64,000 bases of DNA from an uncultured Gammaproteobacteria bacterium (GCA_963698355.1 CAVOQO010000076.1:42420-106419); one strand, 5' to 3'. Numbered from the stretch's first letter, positions 30,941 through 40,805 are shown. A program made the numbers and translations. Notes: generated from the letters alone by a model not told the origin.

Positions 30941-30990
30941 CTAGCGGTAATCGACGATCTCGACGTCTAACGCGTGACCGTCCCGCCAGT
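30941..30990 (-). pseudogene. higB: 3' remnant of a higB toxin gene
   Basis: Only WRDGHALDVEIVDYR* remains, the typical HigB C-terminus, directly upstream of higA; sequence further upstream is unrelated. Confidence 0.7.
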
Positions 30991-31330
30991 CACGGCCCCC
31001 GTGTGGAAAAGTCAAAAATTTCCGAGCTGGAGGCGGGCCCCCAAGACCCGCGCCGTCAGCAACCCCGGACTGGCTGCCACGCTGCAGCTGAAAGTAAAGG
31101 ATAAAGAACCCTGAGCACGACGTCCCAGTTTGATCACCCTTATCCTTGACACGTTCCTTGCTTGTTTCTACCCTCATCGGCGCCCTTCCACTCAATCTTT
31201 TACAGGTGCCCGCAATGGGAGCTGATACGTTGCTTCTCACCAACACAGGGTTATTAGGCGTCGCTGTTTTACTCCTCGGACTGATATATCTGCGGCTTGG
31301 GTCGAGGAAATAGTCAATTCTTCAAGAGAA

Positions 31331-31365
31331 ACGGCACCCGCCCTCTCGTGAGGGCGGGTGGCCGT
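31331..31365. terminator. Hairpin
   Basis: CACCCGCCCTC-TCGT-GAGGGCGGGTG inverted repeat. Confidence 0.45.
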
Positions 31366-31648
31366 GCCGGCGGAAACCGAACCTCTGGCCGATCAGTTTT
31401 GCACCAGCCGCACCACGGCTAGACTGCCCCTACCCGCCCTGCGTCAAAATCCGTTCGCGGCTCGCCTGCCGCAGTTCCTAAGGGCCCCGCACGACACCTG
31501 CGACGAGTCTGACCGTCCAGCCGCTCGTTGATCGTCACCTCGACGACCAAGCGTTTCCGCACGCGCTCTGCCGCGGTTTCCGCCGGATGGACCAGCGCGC
31601 GAAGACTGCGCGCCCTCCTTGGCAGACGCCTTGCCGTAGAATGCGCCG

Positions 31649-33823
31649 ATGGACGTCTCCCCGATCCTCGATCCACTCAACGATGCCCAGCGCGAGGCGG
31701 TCGCGGCCCCGCCGGGCACGGTGCTGGTGCTGGCCGGCGCGGGCAGCGGCAAGACCCGCGTGCTGGTGCACCGCGTCGCCTGGCTGATCCAGGTGGAGCA
31801 GATACCGCCCTGGGCCCTGATGGCGGTCACCTTCACCAACAAGGCAGCGCGGGAGATGCGCGGGCGCATCGAGGAGATGCTGAGCCAGCCCGTGGGCGGC
31901 ATGTGGGTGGGCACCTTCCACGGGCTCGCCCACCGATTTTTGCGTGCCCATTGGCAGGACGCCGGCCTCCCCCAGCATTTCCAGATCATGGACTCGGACG
32001 ATCAGTTCCGCCTGGTCAAGCGGGTCCTGAAGGCCCTGGAGCTGGACGAGGCCCGCTGGCCCCCGCGCCAGGTCCAGGGATTCATCAACAAGCAGAAAGA
32101 CGAGGGCCTTCGCCCCCAGCACCTGGACCCGGCCGGCGACTTTTATCTGCAGAAGCTGATCGGCGCCTATCGCGAATACGAGGACGCGCGCACCCGCGGC
32201 GGGCTCCTGGATTTCGCGGACCTGCTGCTGTGCGCCCATGAGCTGCTGCGCGAGCGCCCGGACATCCTGCACCACTACCAGAACCGTTTCCGGTCCATCC
32301 TGGTGGACGAGTTCCAGGACACCAACGCCATCCAGTACGCCTGGCTGCGGCTCCTCGCCGGGGCCAACGACAACCTCTTCGCGGTGGGCGACGACGACCA
32401 GTCCATCTACGGCTGGCGGGGCGCCCGGGTGGAGAACATCCAGTCCTTTCAGCGCGACTATCCAGGCACCCAGGTGGTGCGCCTGGAGCAGAACTACCGC
32501 TCCACCGGCAACATCCTCAGCGCCGCCAATGCCCTGATCGCCAACAACCCCACCCGGCTCGGCAAGAACCTGTGGACGCAAGACGCCGAGGGCGAGCCCA
32601 TTCGCCGTTACACCGCCTTCAACGAAGTGGACGAGGCCCGCTTCGTGGTGGAGCGCATCCGCCGCTACACCGCCGATCAAGGCTACCGGCGCGACGAATG
32701 CGCCATCCTCTATCGCACCACGGCCCAGTCCCGGCTGTTCGAAGAGTCACTGATCAACGCCCAGATCCCCTACCGGGTCTACGGGGGCCTGCGCTTCTTC
32801 GAGCGCGCCGAGATTCGCGATGCACTCGCCTACCTGCGCCTGGTCGCCAACCCCGACGACGACGCCGCGTTCGAGCGCGTCGTCAACACCCCCACCCGAG
32901 GGATCGGCGACCGCACACTCGATCTGCTGCGCCAGCAGGCACGGGAGTCCAAGGTCTCACTCTGGCACACGGTCCTCGACCTGATCGCCGCGAAAAGCCT
33001 GGGTGCGCGGGCGACCGGAGCGCTCGCGAGCTTCGCGGACCTCATCCGCGCCCAGCGGGAGTTGCACGCGGACCTGAGCCTCGAGCTCGAGGACCTGGTC
33101 GCCGGGGTCATTGAGGCCGCCGCCCTGCCCGACTTCTACCGCAAGTCCAAGGACGGAAAGGGTCAGGACCGGATCGAGAACCTGGAGCAGTTGGTGGCGA
33201 CCGCCGAGCGCTTCCGCCAGGAACTGGAGGACGAGGAGGCCGACCCACTCGGAACCTTCCTCGCCCATGCCGCACTGGAGGCCGGCGAGGCCCAGGCGGA
33301 CCAGTTCGAGGACGCCGTCCAGCTCATGACCCTGCACAGCGCCAAGGGTCTGGAGTTTCCCGTCGTCTTCCTGGTGGGGCTGGAGGAAGGGCTCTTCCCC
33401 CACAGCCTGTCCGCCGAAGACCCGGACCGGTTGGAGGAGGAGCGGCGGCTCTGCTATGTGGGCATGACCCGCGCCATGCACCAGCTGTATGTGGCACATG
33501 CGGAGTCCAGGCGGCTGCACGGCCGTGAGGAATACCCCTTCCCCTCGCGCTTCCTGCGGGAAATCCCGGCGGAGCTGACCGAGGAGGTGCGCGGCGGCGG
33601 GGTCTCCCGCCCGGCAACGGCGCCGCTCAGTCGACCGACCAAAGGGAACAGCGACTCAGGCGGTTTCCGGCTCGGTCAGCGGGTGCTGCACCCCAAGTTC
33701 GGTGAGGGGGTGGTCCTGAGCAGCGAGGGCAGCGGGACCCAGGCCCGGATTCAGGTCAACTTCCAGGACATCGGGGCCAAGTGGCTGGTGCTGGCCTATG
33801 CGCGATTGGAGGCGATGGGATAA
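31649..33823 (+). CDS. uvrD: DNA helicase II
   Basis: LAGAGSGKT, VTFTNKAA, DEFQD, VGDDDQSIYGWRGA, LMTLHSAKGLEF and EERRLCYVGMTRA. Confidence 0.97.
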   Translation: MDVSPILDPLNDAQREAVAAPPGTVLVLAGAGSGKTRVLVHRVAWLIQVEQIPPWALMAVTFTNKAAREMRGRIEEMLSQPVGGMWVGTFHGLAHRFLRAHWQDAGLPQHFQIMDSDDQFRLVKRVLKALELDEARWPPRQVQGFINKQKDEGLRPQHLDPAGDFYLQKLIGAYREYEDARTRGGLLDFADLLLCAHELLRERPDILHHYQNRFRSILVDEFQDTNAIQYAWLRLLAGANDNLFAVGDDDQSIYGWRGARVENIQSFQRDYPGTQVVRLEQNYRSTGNILSAANALIANNPTRLGKNLWTQDAEGEPIRRYTAFNEVDEARFVVERIRRYTADQGYRRDECAILYRTTAQSRLFEESLINAQIPYRVYGGLRFFERAEIRDALAYLRLVANPDDDAAFERVVNTPTRGIGDRTLDLLRQQARESKVSLWHTVLDLIAAKSLGARATGALASFADLIRAQRELHADLSLELEDLVAGVIEAAALPDFYRKSKDGKGQDRIENLEQLVATAERFRQELEDEEADPLGTFLAHAALEAGEAQADQFEDAVQLMTLHSAKGLEFPVVFLVGLEEGLFPHSLSAEDPDRLEEERRLCYVGMTRAMHQLYVAHAESRRLHGREEYPFPSRFLREIPAELTEEVRGGGVSRPATAPLSRPTKGNSDSGGFRLGQRVLHPKFGEGVVLSSEGSGTQARIQVNFQDIGAKWLVLAYARLEAMG

Positions 33824-34042
33824 GTGCGGGGACACGCCGCCCGAACGAGACAGTCGGCGCAGGCGTATCCACCTCCGCAGCAGGTGCGCAGGGGCTGCCG
33901 AAACATGGACCAAACGGTCAAGCCGGACGATTTGAGCTCAGGGGCCCGAGTCGCGGGGAAGGAGAGACGGGAGATTCATGTGCCGGGTGCCGAGCCGTTC
34001 CCTGGCCCGGACCCCGACGAAACCGTTCTTTAGAGGATCGGT

Positions 34043-34468
34043 TTATCGGCCGGCAGGAGCAACCGGGGCTGCTGGCGCAGGAATAGGAGCCACGCCGGGG
34101 GCGCCGTAGGGCATCCCATAGCCGCCACCGTAAGGCATGCCGTAGCCACCACCATAGGGCATGCCATAGCCGCCCACGGGACCGCCATAGCCGTAAGGGC
34201 CGTAACCGCCGCCGTAGCCGCTGCCGTAACCACGGCCATAGCCGCGTCCGTAGCCCCGACCATAGCCGCGGCCGGAGCCACCACCGCTCATGTTCATGTC
34301 GAAATCACCGGAGCCGTCACCGAACACGTCGCCCATGTTGTCCCACATGCCTTCGCCCATGCCGTCCCCGTAACCGGGACCGCCGCCCCACCAGGCGCTG
34401 GCGGAGAAAGAAGCACCCGCCAGACCGGTGACCAGGACCAGACTCAGGGTTTTGAGTGTATTACGCAT
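34043..34468 (-). CDS. Sulfur globule protein (SgpA/B-like)
   Basis: Sec signal ending ASA followed by [17 protein letters not shown] and GYGMPY repeats, Pro/Ala tail. Confidence 0.8.
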   Translation of the reverse strand: MRNTLKTLSLVLVTGLAGASFSASAWWGGGPGYGDGMGEGMWDNMGDVFGDGSGDFDMNMSGGGSGRGYGRGYGRGYGRGYGSGYGGGYGPYGYGGPVGGYGMPYGGGYGMPYGGGYGMPYGAPGVAPIPAPAAPVAPAGR

Positions 34469-35055
34469 TTTGTTTACCTACCAAGGAATTGCATTGCTAT
34501 GAGTTCGGACTGCTTACGCACACCCAGGCCCCGCCGCTGATTTGGGCAGACAGGACCCAAGGGCTGCGTCCAAGCCCTCAAGCAGGAGTCAGAAAGGAAT
34601 TTCTGAACGAGACCAATCGTCGGCGCGGAATGCCGTACGGCGAGGTTCAAGGTACAGCATAAACCCGGTCGTGGGAGGTAAACGCGTGGGCCATCCGGCC
34701 CTGAACAACGGGACTATCCTCTGCTGAGACGTGGAGTCCACGTGGAGTCGCTGCCGATCCACTCGCCACCTGGAATGGATCAACCGGAGATGGGCGAATA
34801 CAACGACCCAAATCCACTGATTTCAATGACGTGAAGAATGCCACTGAAGAGACCGGAGCATCCTGCGCCGCAGAACGCGCTGATTTGACCAGCGTGTCTT
34901 CACCTCGGTGCATCGTTCGGTTGAGAAACCAAAAGGGTGCATCGCTCAGGGGACTATACGCGCTTACCTGGCGAAGCGATATCTTTAATTTTGAGTAACC
35001 GGCGCGGTTATTGGCCAATCGGATCATCGGCGCCACCCCCTCGATGGCGCTCCAC

Positions 35056-37698
35056 TTACCCGGCATCCAAGGCCTTCGATGCCACCTCGTAGACGTCCTT
35101 GGAAAGCGCCTCGGTCGCCAGCACCCGCTCGAGCTCGGCGCGCATCAGTGCCTGGCGGCCGACATCGTAGCGACGCCAGCGGACCAGGCTCCGAAGCAGG
35201 CGCGAGGCGATCTGCGGATTGAGCGGATCGAGCTCCAGCACCCGGTCGGCGAGGAAGCGGTAACCCGCCCCGTCCGCCCCGTGAAAGCGCACCGGGTTAC
35301 CGGTGCAGAAGGCGCCGACGAGGCTTCGCAACCGGTTGGGATTTTTCATGGAGAAGTCGGGGTGTCGCATCAGGGTCTCCACCTGCGCCAGTGCGTCCTC
35401 CCGGCGGCTCGTGGCCTGCAGGCTGAACCATTTGTCGATCACCAGCGGCTCGGCGGACCAATGACCGTAGAACTCGGCCAGGGCCGACTCGGCCTCGTCC
35501 CCGCCGTGATCGACCAGGAGCCTCAGGGCGGCCATCACGTCCGTCATGTTGTGGGCGGCGGCGAACTGGGCGCGGCACAGATCGAGCGCCGCGCTGTCCG
35601 GGTCCGCCATGAGGTAAGCGAGGGCCAGATTCTTGATGGCCCGCCGGCCGATCCACTCGGGGCTGAAGCAGTAGGGACCGGTCTCGCGATTGGCCTGGTA
35701 GACCTGTTGCAGCTCGTCACCCAGGACATGACCGATGCGCCGGCGAAGCTGCTCGCGGGCACGATGGATACCGTCCACGTCCACCACCTCCATCTGGTCG
35801 GCCAGGTAGGACTCGGACGGCAGTGTCAGTACCTCGGCGCGCAGTGCAGTGTCACCCGAGTCGTCCGTCAGGGCCCGCCGAAAGGCGTCGATGAAGGCAT
35901 CCGCGATCACGGCCTCGGGGTCGGCGACCAGGCCAAGCAGGAGTCGCTGCATCAGGGTCTGGGCGGCGTCCCAGCGGCTGAACCCGTCGCTGTCGTGGGC
36001 CATGAGGAACTGAAGCTCTGCGTCCGAATAGTCGAAGCGCAGCTTCACCGGGGCGGAAAAGCCCCGCAGGAGCGAGGGCACCGGCCGCTCCGCGAGATCC
36101 ACAAAGCGGACGCGCTCCTCGGGCGCTCGCAGCTCCAGCAGATGCGTGCCGACCGCGCCCTGACCGGCCTCCCCCTCCAGACGCAACGGAAGGTCCCGCC
36201 CGGCGCTGTCCAGCAGACCCACCGCCAGCGGGATGTGCAGCGGGCCCTTGTGGGGCTGTCCCGGGGTGGCCGGGGTATGCTGCCGGATGGTCAGGGTGTA
36301 GGCACCGGCAGCGGCGTCCCAATCGCCCGTGACATCGAGCTCCGGCGTGCCCGCCTGGGCGTACCAGCGGCGGAACTGGGTGAGATCGCGCCCGCTCGCG
36401 TCCTCCATGCAGGTGACGAAGTCATCGGTGGTCACCGCCTGGCCGTCATGGCGCTCGAAATACAGGTCGGTGGCACGCCGGAACAGCTCAGGCCCCAGCA
36501 GATTGGCCTGCATGCGCACCAGCTCGGCGCCCTTCTCGTAGACGGTGGCGGTGTAGAAGTTGTTGATCTCGATGTAGGACGCGGGGCGCACCGGGTGGGC
36601 CATGGGGCCCGCGTCCTCGGCGAACTGGTGGGCGCGCAGCATCCGCACGTCGCTGATGCGCTTCACCCCCCGGGAGCCCAGGTCGGCGGAGAGCTCCTGG
36701 TCGCGGAAGACCGTGAAACCCTCCTTCAGGCTCAACTGGAACCAGTCCCGGCAGGTGATCCGGTTCCCCGTCCAGTTGTGGAAATACTCGTGTGCAATCA
36801 CGCCCTGGATCCCGAGAAAATCCTGGTCCGTGGCCGTGTCCGGCCTGGCCAGCACGAACTTGTCGTTGAAGACATTGAGCCCCTTGTTCTCCATCGCCCC
36901 CATGTTGAAGTGGCTCACCGCCACGATCATGAAGCAGTCCAGGTCGTACTCGCGCCCGAAGCGCTCCTCGTCCCAGGCCATGGACTGCTTGAGCGAGGCC
37001 ATCGCGTGGTCGCACTTGTCGAGGTTCTGGGGCTCGACGTAGATCGCCAGCTCGATCGTTCGACCCGACGCGGTGGTGAAGCTGTCCTTCACCGCGGCCA
37101 GGTCACCGGCGATCAGGGCGAACAGATAGCTCGGCTTGGGGAAGGGGTCTTCCCAGCGCACCAGCCGGCGCCCGTCCTCCAGGGCCTTCTCCTCCACCCG
37201 GTTCCCATTGGACAGGAGCACCGGGAAGCGGCCCGGGTCCGCCACCAGGGTGACCCCATAGCGGGCCATGACGTCGGGCCGGTCGAGGAAATAGGTGATG
37301 CGCCTGAACCCCTCCGCCTCGCACTGGGTGCACAACATTTCACCGGACTGGTAGAGTCCTTCCAGCGCCGTGTTGAGGGCCGGGTGGATGTGGACCCGGG
37401 TGCTGAGCCGGAAACGGTCCGGCACCCGATGCACGGTCAGAGACTCCGCATCCGCCCGATACTCCGCCGGCGTCAGGGGGTGCCCGTCGATGGCGATCTG
37501 CTCGAGCTCCAGCTGCTCGCCGTTCAGGGTCAGGCTGCCGTCGCCGCGCGTGGCCGCGGGATTGCGCCGCATCTCCAGCGTGGCCGCCACTCGGGTCAGC
37601 TCCGGGTCCAGATCGAAGCGCAGGTCCACCCGGTCGATCAGAAACTCGGGCGGCCGGTAGTCTTCCAGGCGGGTGGCGTGGGGTGCGTCTCGGTACAT
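35056..37698 (-). CDS. pepN: Aminopeptidase N
   Basis: GAMENKGLN, HEYFHNWTGNR and NPNRLRSL. Confidence 0.97.
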   Translation of the reverse strand: MYRDAPHATRLEDYRPPEFLIDRVDLRFDLDPELTRVAATLEMRRNPAATRGDGSLTLNGEQLELEQIAIDGHPLTPAEYRADAESLTVHRVPDRFRLSTRVHIHPALNTALEGLYQSGEMLCTQCEAEGFRRITYFLDRPDVMARYGVTLVADPGRFPVLLSNGNRVEEKALEDGRRLVRWEDPFPKPSYLFALIAGDLAAVKDSFTTASGRTIELAIYVEPQNLDKCDHAMASLKQSMAWDEERFGREYDLDCFMIVAVSHFNMGAMENKGLNVFNDKFVLARPDTATDQDFLGIQGVIAHEYFHNWTGNRITCRDWFQLSLKEGFTVFRDQELSADLGSRGVKRISDVRMLRAHQFAEDAGPMAHPVRPASYIEINNFYTATVYEKGAELVRMQANLLGPELFRRATDLYFERHDGQAVTTDDFVTCMEDASGRDLTQFRRWYAQAGTPELDVTGDWDAAAGAYTLTIRQHTPATPGQPHKGPLHIPLAVGLLDSAGRDLPLRLEGEAGQGAVGTHLLELRAPEERVRFVDLAERPVPSLLRGFSAPVKLRFDYSDAELQFLMAHDSDGFSRWDAAQTLMQRLLLGLVADPEAVIADAFIDAFRRALTDDSGDTALRAEVLTLPSESYLADQMEVVDVDGIHRAREQLRRRIGHVLGDELQQVYQANRETGPYCFSPEWIGRRAIKNLALAYLMADPDSAALDLCRAQFAAAHNMTDVMAALRLLVDHGGDEAESALAEFYGHWSAEPLVIDKWFSLQATSRREDALAQVETLMRHPDFSMKNPNRLRSLVGAFCTGNPVRFHGADGAGYRFLADRVLELDPLNPQIASRLLRSLVRWRRYDVGRQALMRAELERVLATEALSKDVYEVASKALDAG

Positions 37699-37855
37699 CT
37701 TCACCTCGGCGTAGGCGGGAAACGAAACAGTCAAATCGGCGCCGGGAGCCGCCTCCCCCGGTTGTCTTCCGGCCCGCGGAGCCAGATCTCAAGCACCCAG
37801 TATCTAACGCCCACCTCTGCCGGGCCACCAGGAACCATCATTCGCGAGACCATCG

Positions 37856-38110
37856 ATGCCCCAGGTAGTGATGTATACGACCACAATCTGCCCCTACTGC
37901 ACCCGCGCCAAGCACCTGCTGCACAACAAGGGGGTGCAGTTCGACGAGATCCGCGTGGACCACGACCATGAGCAGATGCGGATCATGATGGAGCGCAGTC
38001 GGCGCCACACGGTGCCGCAGATCTTCATCGGCGACCTGCACGTGGGCGGCTTCGACGATCTGGCGCGGCTCGAGGCCCGGGGCGAGCTCGACCCCCTGCT
38101 CGGTCGATGA
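37856..38110 (+). CDS. grxC: Glutaredoxin 3
   Basis: CPYC, TVPQIFI and GGFDDL. Confidence 0.95.
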   Translation: MPQVVMYTTTICPYCTRAKHLLHNKGVQFDEIRVDHDHEQMRIMMERSRRHTVPQIFIGDLHVGGFDDLARLEARGELDPLLGR

Positions 38111-38529
38111 GCGCACGCCAGACCCCCTCACCCGCGCCGGACCAGGAGATCCGCCTCGACAAATGGCTGTGGGCGGCGCGCTTCTTCAAGACGCGACACC
38201 TGGCCGTCGAGGCCATCAACGGGGGCAAGGTCGAGATCAACGGCCAGCGCGCCAAGCCCGGGCGCACCATCCGCCCCGGCGCACGGCTGAGCATCCACAA
38301 GGGACCACTGGAGTGGGAGGTCGAGGTGCTGGGCGTCAGCCGTCAGCGCCTCCCGGCCCCGGAGGCCGCCCTGCTCTACGTTGAGGACGAGGCCAGCCGG
38401 CTGCGCCGCGAAAAGCTGCTGACCGAGCGCCGCGAGGCAGGCGCCGCGCTCGGCGCCCCGGGCGAGCGCCCCACCAAGCGCGACCGTCGCCTGATCCAGC
38501 GTTTCAAAACCGATGGCGGCTTAATTTAA
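38107..38529 (+). CDS. hslR: Ribosome-associated heat shock protein Hsp15 (S4 domain)
   Basis: RLDKWLWAARFFKTR and RPTKRDRR. Confidence 0.93.
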   Translation: MSARQTPSPAPDQEIRLDKWLWAARFFKTRHLAVEAINGGKVEINGQRAKPGRTIRPGARLSIHKGPLEWEVEVLGVSRQRLPAPEAALLYVEDEASRLRREKLLTERREAGAALGAPGERPTKRDRRLIQRFKTDGGLI

Positions 38530-38543
38530 GGATTGGGTGCCGC

Positions 38544-39002
38544 ATGGACCAAGACGCCTTTCGCACCACCTACCGGGAGATCAACGAGCGCTTCTGCGCC
38601 TACGAGAAGGGCATCCTGACCAACAACTGCGCCTGCTCACTGGCCCACAAGTTCTGTATCGCCGAGCGCGAAGGCGTGCACTGCGCCTCCGACGAGGCCC
38701 AAGCCACCTGCGTCCAGCTGCTGGAGCTACTGCGCCGGCAGGCCCGGTTCGCGCTCAAGACCACCAGTGACCGTACCGCCCTGCCCCACGCCAAGGCCAT
38801 GCGCATCCAGGTGGGCGGACTCCGCGGCATCGAGGCGGCCGTGAACCCCGGCCAACCAGTTCCAGCCCGTATTGCCGACATCCGCCGCACCATCGAGGCC
38901 GCCATCGCCAAATACGGCTCACTCGCAGAATTCCCCTTCCAAGAGATCGTCAAGCAGATCGCCGCCTACCAGGGCCGCCAGCGAACGCGCAGAAAACGGT
39001 AG
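38544..39002 (+). CDS. Conserved Cys-rich hypothetical protein
   Basis: Clean ORF in operon with grxC-hslR; six Cys in the first 56 aa. Confidence 0.8.
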   Translation: MDQDAFRTTYREINERFCAYEKGILTNNCACSLAHKFCIAEREGVHCASDEAQATCVQLLELLRRQARFALKTTSDRTALPHAKAMRIQVGGLRGIEAAVNPGQPVPARIADIRRTIEAAIAKYGSLAEFPFQEIVKQIAAYQGRQRTRRKR

Positions 39003-39115
39003 GCTCACCTTGCGCGGTGCCCTACGGCTGCCTGGCGGAACCGGCCCCGCCGTTCCACCCTACCCCAGCCCCGAAATGCACACCGGTAGGGCGGATGCCC
39101 GCAGGGCGATCCGCC
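38769..39115 (+). repeat. 347-bp direct repeat copy 1 (3' end of the Cys-rich gene plus REP pair)
   Basis: Ungapped match to 40459-40805 at offset 1690. Confidence 0.95.
39034..39115. repeat. REP pair (A 39034-39063, B 39086-39115)
   Basis: A = GGCGGAACCGGC(C/T)CCGCCGTTCCACCCTAC; B = GTAGGGCGGATGCCCGCAGGGCGATCCGCC; both are GTAG plus an imperfect palindrome. Confidence 0.9.
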
Positions 39116-39187
39116 ATGTGCACTCCGCTGGCTGGCAGAGCGGTCCCATCGCTGCCACACTACAGACCAACTTCACCAGAGAATTCC

Positions 39188-39550
39188 GTGAGCGCTGCAA
39201 CCACATCACTGACCCTCGAGCGAGAAGCTCCCCCGCTGTACCAAGATGCGCATGGAGTGATCCGCGTTGGGCATACCCGTGTGACGCTAGAGAGCCTTAT
39301 CGCGCTCTTCGAGCAAGGGGCGAGCGCCGAAGAGATTGCCCTGCGCTATGAGGTTCTGAGCCTGCATGACATCTACGCGACCCTGAGCTACTACCTCGGT
39401 CATCGGGAACAGACCCAAGAGTACCTGGATCGTGCGCGTCAAGCGTCGTTCGAGGCACGTCGCGACGTGGAGCGCCGCTCGCCAGTAGCGCAGATACGCG
39501 ACCGTCTGACCCGCTACCGGAGCCGTACCGATGCTCCGCCTACTGGCTGA
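39188..39550 (+). CDS. DUF433 family putative antitoxin
   Basis: GVIRVGHTRVTLE, QGASAEEIA and LHDIYATLSYY. Confidence 0.88.
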   Translation: MSAATTSLTLEREAPPLYQDAHGVIRVGHTRVTLESLIALFEQGASAEEIALRYEVLSLHDIYATLSYYLGHREQTQEYLDRARQASFEARRDVERRSPVAQIRDRLTRYRSRTDAPPTG

Positions 39551-39881
39551 CGAGAACCTCGATGCGAACGTCTTGCGCGGGGTCCTGCGGCGCATCCACG
39601 ACATCGACGTCCTCCGCGTCCAAGACGTGGGCCTTACCGGAGCGGATGACCCAACGGTTCTGGCTTGGGCTGCGGAGCAAGGGCGCGTGCTGGTCACGCA
39701 GGATGTCGCGACGATGACGCGGTTTGCCTTCGAACGCGTGGATGCAGGTCTGCCGATGCCGGGCGTCATCGAGGTCGTCCCATCGACGCCGATTGGCAAG
39801 ACCGTGGAAGACCTGGCTTTGATCATCGAATGCCTGACCAACGGAGAGCTGGACGATCAGGTCCTCTACATACCGCTCTAG
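39531..39881 (+). CDS. DUF5615 PIN-like putative toxin
   Basis: LLADENL, GADDPTVLAWAAEQGRVLVTQD and PGVI; overlaps the DUF433 gene. Confidence 0.9.
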   Translation: MLRLLADENLDANVLRGVLRRIHDIDVLRVQDVGLTGADDPTVLAWAAEQGRVLVTQDVATMTRFAFERVDAGLPMPGVIEVVPSTPIGKTVEDLALIIECLTNGELDDQVLYIPL

Positions 39882-39980
39882 GCCGCCCAGTCCTGAGTGC
39901 GATAGCGGCCTGGGCAATGCGACGGCTATCGCGGCGACATGCGAGGCCTACCACGCGTCCCGAGCGGCAGAGCCTTCTTT

Positions 39981-40060
39981 GTGGGGCGGAAGCCTGCAGC
40001 GCGATCCGCCACCTCCGCCGCGGATCGCAAAGGTGAAACCCCCTCCGGAGTTCCACCGCC
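39981..40060. repeat. Degenerate REP doublet
   Basis: GTGGGGCGGAAGCCTGCAGCGCGATCCGCC and GGTGAAACCCCCTCCGGAGTTCCACC resemble REP B and the REP A variant. Confidence 0.6.
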
Positions 40061-40093
40061 ATTATCTTGGCAAGGCCACGGAGGGCACACCTG

Positions 40094-40345
40094 TCAGGTC
40101 GATTGATCCGTGAGGTCGAGCCGCCGCTCGATCCGTTCCACACGTTCCGCAAGCCGGTCATATCTCGAATGCTGGTCTGCCAGATCTCCGTCGAGGTTGG
40201 CGTGATCGCGCCGAAGGCCGGCAACGGTCGCCTCCAGGCTCGCAAGCCGCTGTTTGACCTCCCGGACATCTTCCTTGATGGCTGCGACATCGGCTCGAAT
40301 GGCTCGCAGGTGCTCGAGAATGAGGCTTTCAATATTTTCAGTCAT
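40094..40345 (-). CDS. Small coiled-coil hypothetical protein, copy 1
   Basis: MTENIESLILEHLRAIRAD...RVERIERRLDLTDQST; heptad pattern. Confidence 0.8.
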   Translation of the reverse strand: MTENIESLILEHLRAIRADVAAIKEDVREVKQRLASLEATVAGLRRDHANLDGDLADQHSRYDRLAERVERIERRLDLTDQST

Positions 40346-40458
40346 AACGGTTAACAGCAAATCGCGCAGCCGCAAATCTAGCATCCTCAGGCGATCGAGA
40401 CCCCCGGATGCCGGGCGCCCGTTGGTGTGCTGCGCCCCATTCCAGACAATCAGCGACC

Positions 40459-40805
40459 GACCGCACCGCACTGCCCCACGCCAAGGCCATGCGCATCCTG
40501 GTGGGCGACCTGCGCGGTATCGAGGCGGCTCTAAACCCGGGCCAACCGGTTCCCGCCTGCATTACCGACATCCGCTCCACCATCGAGGCCGCCATTGCCA
40601 GATATGGCTCACTCGCCAAATTTCCCTACCAAGAGATCGTCAAGCAGATCGCCGCCTACCAGGGCCGCCAGCGAACGCGCAAAAAACGGTAGGCTCACCT
40701 TGCGCGGTGCCCTACGGCTGCCTGGCGGAACCGGCTCCGCCGTTCCACCCTACCCCAGCCCCGAAATGCACACCGGTAGGGCGGATGCCCGCAGGGCGAT
40801 CCGCC
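40459..40805 (+). repeat. 347-bp direct repeat copy 2 (orphan 3' gene fragment plus REP pair)
   Basis: Encodes DRTALPHAKAMRI...QRTRKKR*, matching the C-terminus of 38544-39002. Confidence 0.95.

Noticed and set aside
35011-37971. 986-aa plus-strand ORF
   Set aside because: Antisense shadow of pepN caused by high-GC codon bias; no recognisable motifs.
38769-40805. Diversity-generating retroelement TR/VR pair
   Set aside because: Mismatches are not adenine-specific and there is no reverse transcriptase in the window.
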